From: Octopus sinensis
Lineage: Eukaryota
Reading direction: 5' to 3'
Length of the DNA: 64,000 bases
Assembly (NCBI RefSeq): GCF_006345805.1
Contig: NC_043010.1
Span: 66,154,001 to 66,218,000, forward strand
Below the pieces are notes generated by a model. That model saw only the letters and a program-made list of their open reading frames with translations, ran no database searches and had not been told where the DNA came from. Shown piece by piece: positions 61,678-64,000 of this stretch. Both the position numbers and the translations under genes were made by a program. Each line of letters opens with the position of its first letter. The stretch's first letter is position 1.

Positions 61678-61865
61678 CTGAAGGATTTGTCTAATGTTGA
61701 CTTTCACGTGTTTTTCACTGCTGCCTTTATGTACAAGACCGAAGCTTCCTTTCAAGCCAAGGTCCCTTTCAGGGCCAGTTAAATAAGGGACTAGGTTCCG
61801 GATTGCGAGAAGAACGCCAAGTAAATAATGGACTTCGTGTTCTTCATCGACAGGAAGAATTAAAT
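61678..61865 (-). CDS. HTT: HTT exon 3 in window (188 nt, phase 1 to 0)
   Basis: (D)LILPVDEEHEVHYLLGVLLAIRNLVPYL...LKGSFG...IRQILQ; ttttcag / gtatga. Confidence 0.95.
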
Positions 61866-63072
61866 CTGAAAATAATCGGAAAAGTTTACGAGTAAAACTT
61901 TTAGATGTAGATAAGAAATGCACACAGATATGCAGATATGTGCATGTACACATGACCATATAACAACTTCACCACTTCATAACCCTTTTGTAACCATATT
62001 TCTGATGATAAACACTAGCTATGTGATTCTATTAATTTTGAAAAATAATTAAGAGTTTGGTTGCATTTAATATAAAATAACATCTATTTACTATATTTGA
62101 CAGTATAATAAAATGTCTCAAAAAATTGGCCACAGTCCTACATGTGAAACTGGGCTTATATCACATGTGCTTAACCCTTTAGCATTTAGACCAAGCATAT
62201 CCCGTCCAAATAAATTATCTGTTTTATGTTCAAACTGGCCATGTCCCAGCTTCTCAAACCTACTTAAAGTGCAATAAATCAGTTATACTTTTACAATACA
62301 CAAAATATTTTAACAATTTCTTCTTATACAATTCCTAATAATATCTACTGTAATAAAAGTAAAATTCCCTCTGTCCAGGATCCTTGTATTTCAGTCTATA
62401 TTTACTCTACATAGACATATTATACCATTTTGGAATCGGATGATCCCGGGATTGAAAATCTGCCCTTCATTTGGTTCTTGAATATCCAGCATTGAGATCT
62501 GATTTAAAAGCATTTGGGCTGCTATTTCTAGCAGGCAAAGCTTGGTTGATTCATGCCATCTTGGTTGGTATTTGTCAGATGACGTCAGAGACCAAGGAGG
62601 AGATAACTGACATTCGTTTCATTAATTTTACATCGAGATAAGAACTTTGGGACAAATTGGCCAACAATAGGAATTCAACTTGGGACCGGAACAATAGAAT
62701 TATTGCATAACAGAATTAATTCTCATCCGTCCTTAACCTCTGATCAAACACCACCGGGGCATATAGTCATTATAGACATATTATAGTCATGCTAGTTAGC
62801 GCTCTTTAGTTTTATGCTACAGGCCCAATTAGGCCACTGCAGGAGCTAGCTTAAAAGCCCACAAGGAGTGTGGCTTTTAAGCTAGTTTAATTATAAAAAT
62901 ATTATAGGATTTTTAAAACATCAAATGACTAGGAGGGTCCATCTGAGTAAAATAGTAATCAAAGGGGCCCATAGGCAAAAAATGGTTGTTGAGAGCCACT
63001 GCTCTAACATATCATGCATTAATATAATATTGGCTTAAAAACAGAAGAGAAAGGAACCATCCAAATACTCAC

Positions 63073-63214
63073 CTAGTAGCATAATGACTAATCTGTTTAT
63101 GAAAGACAAAGGGTTGTGTGAATGCTGACAGATCAGTGAGAGACTTGAAGCTGCTGTACGCCGGGTTGATGCAGACGAAGACTTCAAATTTGGTAGAAAA
63201 CTCTTTAGTAATGC
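63073..63214 (-). CDS. HTT: HTT exon 2 in window (142 nt, phase 0 to 1)
   Basis: ALLKSFLPNLKSSSASTRRTAASSLSLICQHSHNPLSFINRLVIMLL; donor gtgagt. Confidence 0.95.
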
Positions 63215-63700
63215 CTTCATGAGGGGGACAAAAAAAAAAGACAGGTCAAAAGGTTAAATAAACAAAATAAATTTGATTATCTATATGAAAGACAAAAAAA
63301 AAAAACACTTCAATTTTTATAACTTTGTAACTGGCTTCCGTGCCGGTGGCACGTAAAATGCACCAATCCGACCGTGGCCGATGCTAGCCTCGCCTGGCAC
63401 CAGTGCAGGTGGCACGTAAAAAGCACCCACTACACTCACGGAGTGGTTGGCGTTAGGAAGGGCATCCAGCTGTAGAAACATTGCCAGATAAGACCGGAGC
63501 CTGGTGCAGCCTTCTGGCTTCCCAGATCCCCGGTCAAACCGTCCAACCCATGCTAGCATGGAGAACGGACGTTAAACAATGATGATGATGATGGTGATGA
63601 TGTAACTGTGTTGTAAATATTTATTAACCGTTACTTTGCAATGACACAGGGAAAGACGAAAAAATGCAAGAGAAATGTGAGCAAGAAGAATGTTCCTTAC

Positions 63701-63839
63701 TTTGACTTCTGAATCATTTGCAAAAGCCATAAGTACAGGACATATTTTCTGCATGGAAGCTGCAAGGGTTTCTTGAATGGCCTCTTCTTCACGCTTACAA
63801 ACCCGTGCAATGCAGGGCAGCAAGTTGACAATATATGGC
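63701..63839 (-). CDS. HTT: HTT coding exon 1 in window (139 nt, phase 2 to 0)
   Basis: (R)[46 protein letters not shown]; acceptor gtgcag, donor gtaagg. Confidence 0.95.
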
Positions 63840-64000
63840 CTGCACAAGAATAAAGAAAGAGAACAAGGGTTAGTTTACATGATGATATGAAAATAAAATG
63901 GTAAACCTCACTTCATCTTTGTTTTTTTATTTTCCTTATTTCAGTCATTAGACTGCGGCCATGCTGGGGCTCTGCCTTGAAGAGTTTTTAGTCAAATGAA

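Larger units (their letters stand above)
114..63839 (-). other. HTT: Huntingtin gene, internal part: 40 coding exons, both ends outside the window
   Basis: Exon peptides match recognisable human HTT motifs ([92 protein letters not shown]). All 39 junctions are GT-AG with compatible phases, giving 6764 nt without a stop. Confidence 0.98.

Noticed and set aside
63840-64000. PolyQ/CAG tract of HTT
   Set aside because: The N-terminal exons lie beyond the window and no CAG expansion is present here.

Overview
Eukaryotic, AT-rich, repeat-dense DNA. The repeat families suggest a coleoid cephalopod, probably Octopus (inference). The whole window lies inside one minus-strand gene, huntingtin (HTT). 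I traced 40 consecutive GT-AG coding exons from 63839 down to 114. They splice into one stop-free frame of 6764 nt (about 2254 codons), matching roughly human HTT residues 200-2470. The N-terminal/polyQ exons lie beyond 64000 and the C-terminal exons before position 1. The introns hold tRNA-headed SINEs (families called A and B here), a headless modular (GAT)n-tailed retroposon (C), RTE and CR1-type LINE 3' fragments, TA- and TTAA-flanked MITEs, Helentron/HINE-like elements, a 52-bp minisatellite grown inside a family-C copy, and many microsatellites. The most striking unexplained structure is a set of long intronic palindromes, mostly beside (TA)n tracts. Several carry type I hammerhead ribozyme motifs (CUGANGA...GAAAC-palindrome-GUH) on both strands. 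The best case is a 1.1-kb, about 99% identical inverted repeat at 58854-59950 with an identical hammerhead near each end. All coordinates were counted by hand. Repeat boundaries are approximate, and human exon sizes and residue numbers are quoted from memory.
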